A program made the position numbers and the translations under genes. From assembly GCA_951406725.2 (NCBI GenBank), contig OX597816.1, positions 45,446,001-45,510,000 of the forward strand: 64,000 bases of DNA, written 5' to 3'. Origin of the DNA: Octopus vulgaris (Eukaryota). Below the pieces are notes generated by a model that saw only the letters and a list, made by a program, of their open reading frames with translations, was not told where the DNA came from and made no database searches. Shown here piece after piece: positions 29,105-43,457 of this stretch. Position 1 is the stretch's first letter; each line of letters starts with the position of its first letter.

Positions 29105-29499
29105 CGTATAAATATACGTATATATATATATATGCACACAGACGCATACACAAACCCACGCACATACGCATGTCTACATGCGTGTGTGATTGCGTGTGTG
29201 TGTGTGCAGTGCGTGTATATGTGAGTACGTGGATGTGTGTCGTGGGGAAGGGGACAAAACGTAATGCGCGCACGTGATTGCATTTTAAACGAACAACCGG
29301 AGAAGGAGAAAAGGTGGGCAAGCGAGTACCAGTGTTTATGTGTGTTTGTGCTTGTGCTTGCGTGTCTGTTCCTCTATACGTTTATTTACGTTCGTGGTCG
29401 TTTCTGTGTGAAGCACGTGATTGCGTGTATGTATGCTCGCTTGTAAAGTGTGAATGAGTCTGTGTGTATGCGTATGGCAAGATGTGCAAGAAACGAAAG

Positions 29500-29510
29500 T
29501 GGTAGTAGTT

Positions 29511-29563
<53 letters not shown>

Positions 29564-29654
29564 GGTGGTGGTGGTGGTGGTGGTGGTGGTGGTGGTGGTG
29601 GTGGTAGTAGTAGTAGTGGTGGTGGTGGTGGTGGTGGTAGTAGTAGTAGTTGTT

Positions 29655-29731
<77 letters not shown>

Positions 29732-29865
29732 TGTAGTAGTGTGTGTGTGTGTCCATTTGTACGAAAGAAATAAAGAGATAAAGAGGTGTGGATAATAGCT
29801 GAATAGGGAAAATAGAAATTTACGTGAGAGAAAAATTCAGGAATTGAATGATCGAATGATCGAGT

Positions 29866-29935
<70 letters not shown>

Positions 29936-29996
29936 GAGAGAGAGAGAGAGAGAGAGAAACAAAGAGAGAGAAACAAAGAGAGAGAGAGAGAGAGAA

Positions 29997-30037
<41 letters not shown>

Positions 30038-30120
30038 GAGAGAGAGAGAGAAATAGAGAGAGAGAGAGAGAAATAGAGAGAGAGAGAGAGAAATAGAGAG
30101 AGAGAGAGAGAGAGAGAAAC

Positions 30121-30151
<31 letters not shown>

Positions 30152-30152
30152 A

Positions 30153-30192
<40 letters not shown>

Positions 30193-30233
30193 AAAAGAGA
30201 GAGAGAGAAAAAGAGAGAGAGAGAGAGTGAAAG

Positions 30234-30264
<31 letters not shown>

Positions 30265-30280
30265 AAAAGAAAGAAAAAGT
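29500..30280. repeat. (TAG/TGG)n followed by (GA)n/(GAAA)n microsatellites
   Basis: Direct reading. Confidence 0.95.
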
Positions 30281-30366
30281 GAAAAAGGTAAACGGATGTA
30301 ATAAAACTTGTAAAGAAGCTTTGAGATATTGTCTAAGATATATTTACACTTACCATACTCTCTCTC

Positions 30367-30399
<33 letters not shown>

Positions 30400-30472
30400 A
30401 TAGTTCGAAAGAATAGTTCATGCTACATGTACTCGTACTTCGTATTATTTTGTTCTTGCACAAGTTTCGTGC

Positions 30473-30510
<38 letters not shown>

Positions 30511-31142
30511 TTTATATTATTATATGATTGAACGCCACGCATCCTCTACCAATTAAGTTTTAATCTTAATAATTCTGATGCGCACTCTATACGATCTTTT
30601 TACTCTTTCGTTTTTCTCTCTTTCTCTCTCTTATTCTTTTATCTCCTCTTCTACCACTATTCTATCCTATTACTCTGTCACTCTCGCTCCCTTACTCCGC
30701 CTCCCTTGCTCTCGTGCCTTCCACGTGATCACCGACCATCTTTCTTTCCCTCTCCGTTGTAGCTGGAACAAGGAAGACGTGTTCTTGTTTGTCTCCTGTC
30801 CAAGCTTGATTTACGCATTCGCCACCACAACCTTAGCAGTTTGGCTTAGCAGTTTGTTTTCATTGTCCTGTTTGTGTTACCAATTTTGACCCTCCGCAAA
30901 ATTCCAAATTTTATTTAATTTGCTTTGCAGGAGCAACTGTTTTATCGGAAGCGTATATTGCTGTTAAATACTTGAAATACGAGACAACAATAAAACAGCA
31001 AACAAGGGTCGTTCTTTATGTTGTTTGTTTTGTTTTCCATTTGTGTCTTTTACTGTTCGAGAGAATAGTTCATGTTCACATGTACTCGCGCTTCATATTA
31101 TTTTGTTCTTGTACACGTTTCATGACGTAATGTGCCCACATA

Positions 31143-31199
<57 letters not shown>

Positions 31200-31258
31200 G
31201 TATAGATCTATGTATGTACATATACGTATGTATATATGTATATATGTATATATTATTT

Positions 31259-31982
31259 GGATCTTTTCCTTTTGAACGGCAGTTTTCAACACAATTTCTA
31301 GTTAACTAAACACTTTTAAACTTCGTATACTGGTAGAATGTGTCAAAATAAAACATTTTTTCTCTTGGCTTTCTTGAGAAAATTGTAATTTGTAAGTTTA
31401 GCGTAGTTTAATTTTTCGAATTTTAACCAATCGATGGCCTCTATTTAGCTAAAATCATTTGCTGTGTCTAAAACTGAGACAACATCCTGTCACTGTTATG
31501 GTTACGTTCGGAAATCGTGTGTATAAAATTATAGAATTATTTTGTTTGTTAATTGCTTAAATTATTTTCCATTGCTTTCGTTTTAGCCTTTCGTTTTTTT
31601 TCTCTTAAGCAATGGAAAATAGTTTAAACAATACACGTGTATCTCAAAACAAAAACAAAACGAATAATTTTAGACACACGCGTAACAATTAAATTAATTT
31701 AACAATTAAGAAAAAAATTCGAAAGGCTAAAATTTAGGGTTAGGGTTAGTGTTAGGGTTAGGGTTAGGGTCAGTGACAGGATGTTGTCTCAGTTTTAGAC
31801 GCAGCAAATGATTTTAGCTAAATACAAGCCATCGAGTGGTTAAAATTCGAAAAATTAAACTACGTTAAACTTACAAATTACAATTTTCTCAAGAAAGCCA
31901 AGAGAAAAAAATGTTTTATTTTGACACATTCTACCAGTATACGAAATTGTGTTGAAAACTGCCGTTCAAAAGAAAAAGATCC
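31259..31982. mobile_element. Foldback MITE with ~220-bp TIRs and internal (TTAGGG)n
   Basis: GGATCTTTTcCTTTTGAACGGCAG...CTGCCGTTCAAAAGAAAAAGATCC. Flanks TATTATTT / TATTATTC (7 of 8 match). TTAGGG repeats at ~31734-31769. Confidence 0.88.
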
Positions 31983-31993
31983 TATTATTCATA

Positions 31994-32074
<81 letters not shown>

Positions 32075-32258
32075 TAAACAAATAAATACAGACATACAGC
32101 AGGAGAGGCTGAGTGATAAGTAGCTTGTTTAGCAACCACATGGCTCCGGGTTCAGTCCCACTGCGTGGGCACCTTGCGTATGTGTCTTCTACTATAGCCT
32201 CAGGGCGACCAAAGCCTTGTGAGTGGATTTGGTAGAGAGAAACTGAAAGAAGCCTATC

Positions 32259-32328
<70 letters not shown>

Positions 32329-34068
32329 GTGTGTGTGCATATGTTTATGTCGTCTTTGTCCCCCACCTCCAACGTCGCTTGACAACCGATACTGGTGCGT
32401 TTAAGTCCCTGTGACTTAGCGGTTCGGGGAAAGACCAATAGAATAAGTACTAGGCTTACAAAAAATAAGTCCAGGGATCGATTTGCTCGACTAAAGGCGG
32501 TGCTCCAACATGGGCGCAGTCAAAATGTATGAAGCAAGTAAACGAATAAAAGAAAATACATACAAATATACACACGCGCGTGCACACACGTGTGTGTGTG
32601 TGTGTGTGTGTGTGTTTGTGATGGAATTTCCCAACGAAGACGATGTATGAATCGTTCAGCTTTTGCCGAACGAATGACTGCACAAATGTTTTGTTTATAG
32701 TGATCAAATGTCTGTGCTGTTACAGTCTTAGCTCACTCCCTCCGTCAAATCGACGTTGCCCTTACAGGTGCACAAGTATGTCACACTTCAGATGTCGAAA
32801 CGAGCAACATGGAATGTTATGTTTTGCTCCAAAAACACGACGCACCGGCACGTCTAGGAATCGAACCGACGAACTATCGATTGTGAGTGTAACACACAAG
32901 CCACCGAGTATATGAAGAAACATTGACTATTGCTTGTTCAAACTCTACAGTGCTCAGCTTGTTAGTATCTGTAGCGGAGTCCCTTTTATTGAAAGCATTC
33001 GAACCATGCATCCGGTTTGATTGCAATTTGCTTCTTTCTTCACCTGTCCAGGAAGCTTGGCAAAATATCACGGATGTGTGCTGCATATCTTCCTCTGAAT
33101 AATTCATAAAGAAAACCGTGATAAATACATTTTTTATTTCTTACTAAAACGAAGGCTTTGAACGATCGAAAAAACAGGCGGCGAAGTGATGGGTTTATTA
33201 GAGTGCCAGCGGACGAGATCTTTTGTAGCATTTGTTCTGGCTACTTGTTTTTATGAGTTCTTTTTATGAGTTCCTGAGTGATACGCTTGATCTGTCATCC
33301 GGTTTAACATTGCCACCTGGTCCATGAATGTTTTTTAGTTGAGTTCATTCTGTTGCAAGCATTTCAGTCTTGTTTTCTATTTTGAGACATGTGCGCTTTT
33401 CTTCTCTCTTTGATTAAGCAGACAAAAAATAGAAATTAAATTATAAGAAAAATATTCTTATCTAACAGGGACAGAAATCATTGAAGCAGCTACGGAAAAG
33501 GCAATAAGTAGGTTGTCACATCGCCCTTCTAGAAAATAGACAGACAACCACATACAAGACCTGCAGTTTCATGCAATTACTGGTCACCTCGCTTCGGCCT
33601 GCCACTCAGTACCAACCACGGAGACTCAGAGAGCGGTGAACGTGTAGTACAAGCATTTATCGCCATAATCGCTTGCACAAGTGGGAGAGAGAGACAGAGA
33701 CAGAGAGAGATGGACGGAGGAAATACAGATTGCTAGTTTGATAGACAGTGATGGTTATAGTAGTTTCGAAAGAGATACTAAAAAAGAATCAACAGCATTT
33801 TAACCCTCAACACTTAGCGGAGTCGTAGAGGTACCGTTGTGACATAGAGCGTATCTTGAGCGTCTCAAACTAACAGAGAGATCTCATTACATCTCCAAGT
33901 TTTTTTACCCATGGTCATTTTTAACAGCATTGTTGAACCCTCGGGCAAGGTCCTAGGACCTTTAGTGTGTATATTTGCCGACAACAAATCGGAGCAGACA
34001 TAGAATAGCGTTGAGTCTCCGCAACCGCGGGTTTCTGCTCGGTGAGCCCATGCTTTAAGCCGGTTTCT

Positions 34069-34155
34069 GAAGAAGAAGAAGAAGAAGAAGAAGAAGAAGA
34101 AGAAGAAGAAGAAGAAGAAGAAGAAGAAGAAGAAGAAGAAGAAGAAAAAGAAGAA
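34069..34155. repeat. (GAA)n microsatellite
   Basis: Direct reading. Confidence 0.97.
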
Positions 34156-34369
34156 ATAGACCTTGGGAGGAGGATTTGATCTCAGACCTTAGCTGGAAAG
34201 AATACCGCAAAGAGTCTTATCCACCGCTCTTGTGTCTAACAACTTAATCGGTTTGTCACCTTAGCGGTTGAAATAAGTACCAATGGAGCACTGAAGGTCG
34301 ATGAAATCGACTTACCTCCTTCTTTATAACTGCTGAGTTTGTATCAAAATTTGAAATCATCATTATAAT

Positions 34370-35580
34370 TACTGGTACTTAAATTACCGACCCCGAAAGG
34401 ATGGAAAGCAAAGTCGACCTCGGCGGAATTAGGACTCAGAACGTAGCGACGGGCGAAATGCCTGTTTCTTTATAACACACAAGGGGCTAAACATAGAGGG
34501 GACAAACAAGGACAGACAAACGGATTAAGTCGATTACATCGACCCCAGTGCGTGACTGGTACTTAATTTATCGACCCCGAAAGGATGAAAGGCAAAGTCG
34601 ACCTGGGCGGAATTTGAACTTAGAACGTAAAGACAGACGAAATACCTATTTTTTTACTACCCACAAGGGGCTACACACAGAGAGGACAAACAAGGACAGA
34701 CAAACGGATTAAGTCGATTATATCGACCCCAGTGCGTAACTGGTACTTAATTTATCGACCCTGAAAGGATGAAAGGCAAAGTCGACCTCGGCGGAATTTG
34801 AACTCGGAACGTAACGGCAGACGAAATACCGCTACGCATTTCGCCCGGCGTGCTTACGTTTCTGCCAGCCCACTGCCTTGTAAATGATGAAATATTGGAC
34901 AATGTAAGACGTCGAGCTGGCAGAATCGTTAGCAGGTCCGTTGCAAGATACAAGTCCAGTAATTTTGAAGGGAGGGACAAGTCGATTACATCGATCCCAA
35001 GTACTTGGCAGGTACTTTATTTTATCGACCCCGAAGGGATGAACGGCAACATTGACCTCGACGAGGTTTGAACCCAGAGCGTAAAGAGCCTGAAGAAATG
35101 CCGCTAAGCATTTTGTCCGACGAGCTAACGATTCTGCTAGCTCTCTGCCTAACATTGCCCAATATTTCATCACTTACAAGGCGGCGAACTGGCAGAAACG
35201 TTAGCACGCCGGGCGAAATGCGTAGCCGTATTTCGTCTGCCGTTACGTTCTGAGTTCAAATTCCGCCGAGGTCAACTTTCCCTTTCATCCTTTCGGGGTC
35301 GATTAAATGAGTACCAGTTACGCACTGGGGTCGATGTAATCCACTTAATCCGTTTGTCTGTCCTTGTTTGTCCCCTCTGTGTTTAGCCCCTTGCGGGTAG
35401 TAAAGAAATAGGTATTTCGTCTGTCTTTATGTTCTGAGTTCAAATTCCGCCGAGGTCGACTCTGCCTTTCATCCTTTCGGGATCGATAAATTAAGTACTA
35501 GTTGCATACCGGAGTCGATCTAATCGACTGGCCCCTCCCCCAAAATTTCGGGCCTTGTGCCTAGAATAGAAAAGAATATG
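34370..35580. mobile_element. Cluster of oppositely oriented Nin-domain SINE multimers (34370-34875 minus, 35180-35580 plus)
   Basis: Family motifs are present on both strands, with junctions at ~34460, 34645 and 35410. Confidence 0.85.
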
Positions 35581-36465
35581 TCATCATTTACTTAAGAAGA
35601 CAATGCGCTGTTTGATGAAGAATTGGTTATTGTTTTAAGCAAGCCGAGTAACCATTTTGGGGTTCTTCGTTGACCCATTCTCCTGCAACCGTCACTTTAC
35701 CGATGTTGATGAGGAACCATATCAATCTCTTTGGTCTCGGGGGCCTTTTGGAAGCTATGGGTACAGCCCACTCTAACAGATTAAACAATCTTTTTTTTTT
35801 TAAATGAAAAAAAAAAAAAATGCAAATTCAGAACCAAAATATTCGTTTCCTTTTCACGAAGCACCGAATACTATCTATATCTTATGGGAAGGAGCTTAAT
35901 GACATGTAACGATCAGGCGTGTCCCAGAGGCATCCTTTTAACGATGTAAGTGCTGTAAAAAAAAAAAAATCTTTCAACTGAAAACAGCGTCGAGGCCTCA
36001 ACACGCCAAAAGCTGACACATAACTTCCCATATGTTAAAGGAAATGAAATATTCATTCTTTTATTCTTCATTTTTTTCTCCGGATGACATAGCGGAAAGA
36101 GAAAGTGAACTGCTTTCAGCAGCGAATATAAGCCAACGACTGGCCTGGCCTGTGTTTTGTTGCTTTTGTTGTTGATGTTTTTTTTTTTTAAAAGGTTAAT
36201 TTATTTTATGACGCCTTACTACACAATAAAGATTTTTAATTTTTTCATTGTCTTTTCTTTGTCAATTGGTGCATTGTAAATGAAAGCAATGATATGAAGA
36301 AAGATGGAGAAAGGATAAAAAAGAGAAAATAAAAAAAAAACAGAAGAATAGAAAAGGCAGAATTAAATATAGAGAAAAGTAAAACTAAATCGGAAAAAAA
36401 AATTAAGAGTCGAAACAAAGAATGGCAAAAACGGATAAAAATGGGTAAAAAAAAGAAGAGAGAAA

Positions 36466-36532
<67 letters not shown>

Positions 36533-37188
36533 TGCTAATTTTTTTTCTTAAATGGAGCAAATAAAAATAATACTGAATTAAAGAAGAATTCGAATATCTT
36601 TGGACAAAGTTTGGATATCACTCATCGATGAACATAAATCATCCGAGGGAGGGGGGGGGGGAGAAGCAAATAATAATAATAAAACCAACAGCAAAACGCC
36701 AAATACTACTACTACTACTACTTCTACTACTACAACAAAAACACGTATATCAATTTAGTGAAATAAAAATGATTAAATTTGGAAGAATTCTTTCATTTTC
36801 ATTGTGTTGAACGTGTGTATGTGTGAAGTATGTCTGTATGTGTGTGTATGTGTGAGTGTGTGTGTGAGAGAGAGAGGGGAGGTTATGCGTGTCCGCACTG
36901 AAATCGATGACATATTAAACAACTTGGTCGTCTGATCCATTCAATTGTTAAGTTCAGTCGACAGAGAAGTCTTCGGTAACGGCTTTACGGAACGATAAAC
37001 ATGAATAAGACTGAAGACCTTTTTAAAACTCGACTGGAGACAACAATGCTCGACCCAACTCAATAAGAACTCACTGACTGGAACATCGTAATATTCTAAT
37101 ATTCGCCAGAAGGCAATCATTTGCCGAATTTTCACTTGGAGAAAGTCAATAAATCTCTCTCTTTCCATCTCGCTTTCTACACACTCAG

Positions 37189-37254
<66 letters not shown>

Positions 37255-38094
37255 TACTTTGAATTTTAAATATCACTTATGAAAAAGTAAATTCTTATAA
37301 GCAGACGACCTCAACCCCATTACCCGCCGACCAACGTATCTTTCAAACAATATCGTTCCATTTCTCTCTCTTTTGTTTCCGCCTTCCACACACTTAGCTC
37401 TCTCTCTCTTTCTCTCTCTCTCTATATATATATATCTATCTATCTATCTATCTATCTCTCTTCCCCTCTCTCTCCATCTCTTTCTTTCTGTTTTTCCTCT
37501 ATACGTCTATGTGTAAATATATAGATTATGCATATATATATATATGGATATATAAAGGACATGGTGAGAGATCGAAAGATACAGAGAGATATATTCTGAC
37601 TTTATTTTCTATCTTTAGCATTATTTTTCACCTGCGAATATACAAAATTTTCTTACAAGTCTGAACAGATAAATGTCTATACTACTAAACTATTATTATA
37701 CAATACGTACTCACACAAGCATGTGTGTGTATGCGCTCGCGGCTGTATCTGTATATACATACACATACATATACAGTATGCATATACATTATGTATGCAT
37801 GTGTTTGCCGGAGTATGTGTGTGTGTGTGTGAAAACATTAGCTTACGTTGTTGCATTTGATTCTGCACGGCATTTGTTGAACGACCCTTTATATTTAATA
37901 CATTTTCCTCTCTGTTTCTTGTAATTATTTTAGAATAAATTCGGCATCTGTTATTAAAATATAGAAGTACTTAACTAAGGTGGACTAAAAGGAGAGACTC
38001 AAGTTATTAACTTCTCAGCTTGAGAGTGATGCCTAGTATATATCTGGCAAGAAACATGCGCTCGCGCGTATACAAATATAAATGTATATGTCTG

Positions 38095-38096
38095 TG

Positions 38097-38158
<62 letters not shown>

Positions 38159-39400
38159 ATGTATATATATATATATATATACAAATGTATGTATATATAT
38201 ATAAGGTTAATCCAAAATATATATATATATATGCATATATACATATATATATATACAAATGTATATATATATGTATATATGCATATATATATATATAAAA
38301 TATGCGTACATATATGCACACACACATGCATATATGCATATATATATGCACATAGAGATAAGTGCGTATATATGTATGTATATACGCACATATATATATG
38401 ATATATGTATGTATGTCTGTATGTATGTATAATGTATGTATGCCTGCATGTATGTATGCCTGCATGTATGTATGTATGTATGTATGTATGTATGTATGTA
38501 TGTATGTATGTATGTGTGTATGTATGTATGTATGTGTGTGTGTATGTATGTATGTGTGTATGTATGTATGTATGTGTGTGTGTATGTATGTATGTATGTG
38601 TGTATGTATGTATGTGTGTGTATGTATGTATGTATGTATATATATACAAATGTATATATATATGTATATATGCATATATATATATATAAAATATGCGTAC
38701 ATATATGCACACACACATGCATATATGCATATATATATGCACATAGAGATAAGTGCGTATATATGTATGTATATACGCACATATATATATGATATATGTA
38801 TGTATAATGTATGTATGCCTGCATGTATGTATGCCTGCATGTATGTATGTATGTATGTATGTATGTATGTATGTATGTATGTGTGTATGTATGTATGTAT
38901 GTGTGTGTGTATTATGTATGTGTGTATGTATGTATGTATGTGTGTGTGTATGTATGTATGTATGTATGTGTGTATGTATGTATGTGTGTGTATGTATGTA
39001 TGTATGTATGTATGTATGTATGTGTGTATGTATGTATGTATGTATGTATGAATGTATGTAAGTATGTATGTATGTATGTATGTACGTATGTATGTATGTG
39101 TGTATGTGTGTATGTATGTATGTATGTATGCATGTATGTATGTATGTATGTATGTATGCATGTATGTATGTATGTATGTATGCATGTATGTATGTATGTA
39201 TGTATGTATGTATGTATGTATGCATGTATGTATGTATGTATGCATGCATGTATGCATGTATGTATGCATGTATGTATGTATGTATGTATGTATGTATGCA
39301 TGTATGTATGTATGTATGTATGCATGCATGTATGCATGTATGTATGCATGTATGTATGTATGTATGTATGTATGTATGTATGTACGTATGTGTGTATGCG
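38095..39400. repeat. TA/TATG compound microsatellite with a ~391-bp higher-order duplication
   Basis: The unique anchor GAGATAAGTGCG occurs at 38355 and 38746. Confidence 0.9.
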
Positions 39401-39689
39401 TGTTTATGTATAAATCTATTTATTGTAATGCTGTTTATAACTGGTTATGGCATATTACTTGTTTGGAATATTACTAACTGTTTCGCACCGACTATTGCGC
39501 TTGGCAATATTGACGATTCTTCAGACATACTTGTCAGAAATTTTACGCTGGAGGTATATATATTCCTGGTTCACTTGGTGATGGTAAAAAGAAGAGAAAA
39601 AATAGTAAAAATCCATAACATTTTGGCGAAGGTGTTTAAGGACAGCATCATTCATATCTGGCCTTAACATCCACGAGAAAGCGAAACCA

Positions 39690-40045
39690 GGAAGTCCTGT
39701 GGTCTCTCCACCTTTCTCACTCAACGTGAAAGCATGCGTAAGAAGGATCATCTTTGGTTTGGTGGATAAGCATTTTACACAGCCCCAAAGATATAGATAC
39801 TTTTTCAGTAGACATAACTCAAAGGTTTCATTCAACTGTTCATGTAGAGTCAAAAAGACAGCGACAGGATGCTCATATAAGGCAAATTTTGAGTGCACAG
39901 TGAATGGTCAATGCAACAGAGAGGTAATGGTTTACGAAGCGGATGTCATGCTATCCAATAACAACAACGGCGACGAAGAGACACACATACAGAAATGTGT
40001 TAGGGCAACGGAGAACTCCCTTTAGGCCCGGCTAAGTGATCAGAG
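39690..40045 (+). pseudogene. Penelope-like element fragment (linker plus GIY-YIG start)
   Basis: SPPFSLNV...LVDKHF...FSRHNSKVSFNC...CTVNGQC...MVYEADV...ATEN resembles the PLE NPPFS/IDKHF/FNRNTVKVSYSC/CPLxGxC/VYxAxV motifs. Confidence 0.75.
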
Positions 40046-40141
40046 ATACGTCTGTCTCGAGTTACCGTCTTCAAATTTCTTCCTCAAAGCTCTGATTGAC
40101 CCGAGAATATTAATAGACGAAATTTGGTCTATGTGTCATGC

Positions 40142-40373
40142 GGTACCAGGACAAAATTCCCACGAGGACAAAATCCCTCGAGGACAAATTCCCTGCGGAC
40201 AAATTTTACACAAAAATTTCAACTGATAGATTTTTTTTTTTTTTTTTTTTAAAATTTCACTTTCCTAAAATATTTTTATTGTAAAGAAAGAACAATATCC
40301 CGGGGAATATTGACTGCCGGGGATTTTGTCCAAAAGAGGGAATTTGTCCTGGGGTGGATTTTGTCCTAGTACC
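40142..40373. mobile_element. Non-autonomous MULE-like MITE
   Basis: Ends GGTACcAGGACAAAAT / ATTTTGTCCTaGTACC, internal GGACAAAAT repeats, and a perfect 9-bp TSD GTGTCATGC (40133-40141, 40374-40382). Confidence 0.88.
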
Positions 40374-41094
40374 GTGTCATGCTCTGCGACTGGACCTGAG
40401 TTGAGATAAGAAGTTCTTAATCACGCAGTCACGCCAGTCTGTGCCTTTTCATTAGCTCACCATACACTGTGGTAAAATACACATACCCATTAAAGAGTGG
40501 GATCGAGTTGGAAAACACGGAGTCGTCAAGCCTACTTCATAATCACACAAACCATGTCTACACTCATTTATTCTTATTTAATCATTTTTAAGACAACCAT
40601 ACGACATCTTTGTTTCCTCACATCGTCTCAAGTCGATAAGCTTATACGAGTAATATAGAACACATTGAATTGACGTCAGTAAATGACTTATGTTTTTTAA
40701 TTGCCGCCGCTGGTCAAAGCAGGATTTGAAACTAGAAATTAAAAAAAAAGACGTAACTCAATTCGTTCCTATACCATTAGACATTTTTTAATAGACTGAA
40801 ATGAAATAACACCATCTTAGATCATAGTTTCCTGACAAACAACAGAAGCGAAAGAGAGAATAAAAGAATATCCCCTTAAAATGTTGATCTGAGCATCGAA
40901 GTAGAAATGACTAGAGTTGCCGTTTGGTGTTGCGTAGCAGATTTCTATTGGAAATGGAGAGGCTATTTTTGTCTTTTTGGCACAAGTTTTCATTGTCGAT
41001 ATTCATTGTAGAATGCATAGAAACAGTCAGATATAACTACAGACAGAACAAAAGGAAAATAGTAGTTGGATAGCTAGATAGCCTGATTGTTTGG

Positions 41095-41316
<222 letters not shown>

Positions 41317-41630
41317 TGTTTCTTTATTAGCTACACAGGGCCGAACACAGAGGTGACAAAATACAATGTAGAGCTTTTCTTTTTGAAAAAAGAAAAAGAT
41401 AAAAGTAAAATCTCGATCAAAAGGGGATCACGAAAAAAAGAAAAGCACCGACCGTGTATCACAGAAAATATTATAAATGTTACAAAAAGAAAAACAGATT
41501 AGGTTTATCCGTGGAAAGAAAAGCCTCCGGAAAAGACCACGGTAACCTCAGGCAATAATGTCCTACGAAAACACACCAGCATCGGTTATCAAGCGATGTT
41601 GGGAGGACAAACACAGACGTACAAACATAT

Positions 41631-41678
<48 letters not shown>

Positions 41679-41832
41679 GACGGGCTTCTTTCAGTTTCCG
41701 TCTACCAAATCCACTCACAAGGCTTTGGTTGGCCCGAGGCTATAGTAGAAGACACTTGCCCAAGGTGCCACGCAGTGGGACTGAACCCGGAACCATGTGG
41801 TTGGTAAGCAAGCTACTTACCACACATTCACT

Positions 41833-41875
<43 letters not shown>

Positions 41876-42163
41876 AATAATGAAGGGTGAAATTAATTAA
41901 TTTGGAATAATTATCAATTACACCAAGTAGTCTTCGGCATGTAAAAGCCTCATTCGAGGAAAATTTAAGTAATACTAAGCAATAAAGGGTTTAGCAACGA
42001 ATTGCCTTACCACATACCGAATTTAGAAATAGCAGTCAAAGAGTTATAGCTATTTCTTCTACTAAAAAGGAGATCTCAGTAAAAAAACACAGCAATTGGA
42101 AGGCAGACACAAACAGGTAAGAGAGAATGAATTGACGGCAATCTATCATACAATTTTAAGTTA

Positions 42164-42263
42164 TCTACGGACGCACGTTTCGAAATCAAGTTTTTAGGAA
42201 AGCATGAGAATTAAATATTAAATAATTCTACGTTACCCAAACTTCTTTTCTCTTCAGCGTAGA
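42164..42263 (-). ncRNA. Type I hammerhead ribozyme, unit 1
   Basis: Minus strand TCTACG-CTGAAGA-GAAA...TTTC-GAAAC-GTGC-GTC-CGTAGA: full canonical core, 6-bp stem I, GUC cleavage triplet. Confidence 0.85.
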
Positions 42264-42760
42264 ATACTATAATCATAAGTGATTATATATTGAATTTTGA
42301 GATACTAGAAGGCACCAACTCAACTCAGTATCAGAGCGAGCTAGAATCCGCAACTAGTATCACCAAACTCAACGTGTGAATGAAAGGATTGTGTCACCAG
42401 CCCCTTCCCACCCGCGTGTAGCCAAAACAAGATGCTATGGTCATCTACTGAGATAAAATATGGTTATCCGTAATAATGAAGGGTGAAATTAATTAATTTG
42501 GAATAATTATCAATTACACCAAGTAGTCTTCGGCATGTAAAAGCCTCATTCGAGGAAAATTTAAGTAATACTAAGCAATAAAGGGTTTAGCAACGAATTG
42601 CCTTACCACATACCGAATTTAGAAATAGCAGTCAAAGAGTTATAGCTATTTCTTCTACTAAAAAGGGAGATCTCAGTAAAAAAACACAGCAATTGGAAGG
42701 CAGACACAAACAGGTAAGAGAGAATGAATTGACGGCAATCTATCATACAATTTTAAGTTA

Positions 42761-42860
42761 TCTACGGACGCACGTTTCGAAATCAAGTTTTTAGGAAAGC
42801 ATGAGAATTAAATATTAAATAATTCTACGTTACCCAAACTTCTTTTCTCTTCAGCGTAGA
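42761..42860 (-). ncRNA. Type I hammerhead ribozyme, unit 2
   Basis: Identical to unit 1, offset +597. Confidence 0.85.
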
Positions 42861-43357
42861 ATACTATAATCATAAGTGATTATATATTGAATTTTGAGAT
42901 ACTAGAAGGCACCAACTCAACTCAGTATCAGAGCGAGCTAGAATCCGCAACTAGTATCACCAAACTCAACGTGTGAATGAAAGGATTGTGTCACCAGCCC
43001 CTTCCCACCCGCGTGTAGCCAAAACAAGATGCTATGGTCATCTACTGAGATAAAATATGGTTATCCGTAATAATGAAGGGTGAAATTAATTAATTTGGAA
43101 TAATTATCAATTACACCAAGTAGTCTTCGGCATGTAAAAGCCTCATTCGAGGAAAATTTAAGTAATACTAAGCAATAAAGGGTTTAGCAACGAATTGCCT
43201 TACCACATACCGAATTTAGAAATAGCAGTCAAAGAGTTATAGCTATTTCTTCTACTAAAATGGGAGATCTCAGTAAAAAAACACAGCAATTGGAAGGCAG
43301 ACACAAACAGGTAAGAGAGAATGAATTGACGGCAATCTATCATACAATTTTAAGTTA

Positions 43358-43457
43358 TCTACGGACGCACGTTTCGAAATCAAGTTTTTAGGAAAGCATG
43401 AGAATTAAATATTAAATAATTCTACGTTACCCAAACTTCTTTTCTCTTCAGCGTAGA
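43358..43457 (-). ncRNA. Type I hammerhead ribozyme, unit 3
   Basis: Identical to unit 1, offset +1194. Confidence 0.85.

Noticed and set aside
31734-31769. True telomere or chromosome fusion site
   Set aside because: It is short and lies inside a TIR element.
37999-39667. Long ORFs (416 and 440 aa) and similar poly-YI/HT/CV/I/D/S ORFs across the window
   Set aside because: They are translations of stop-free microsatellites with no domain content.
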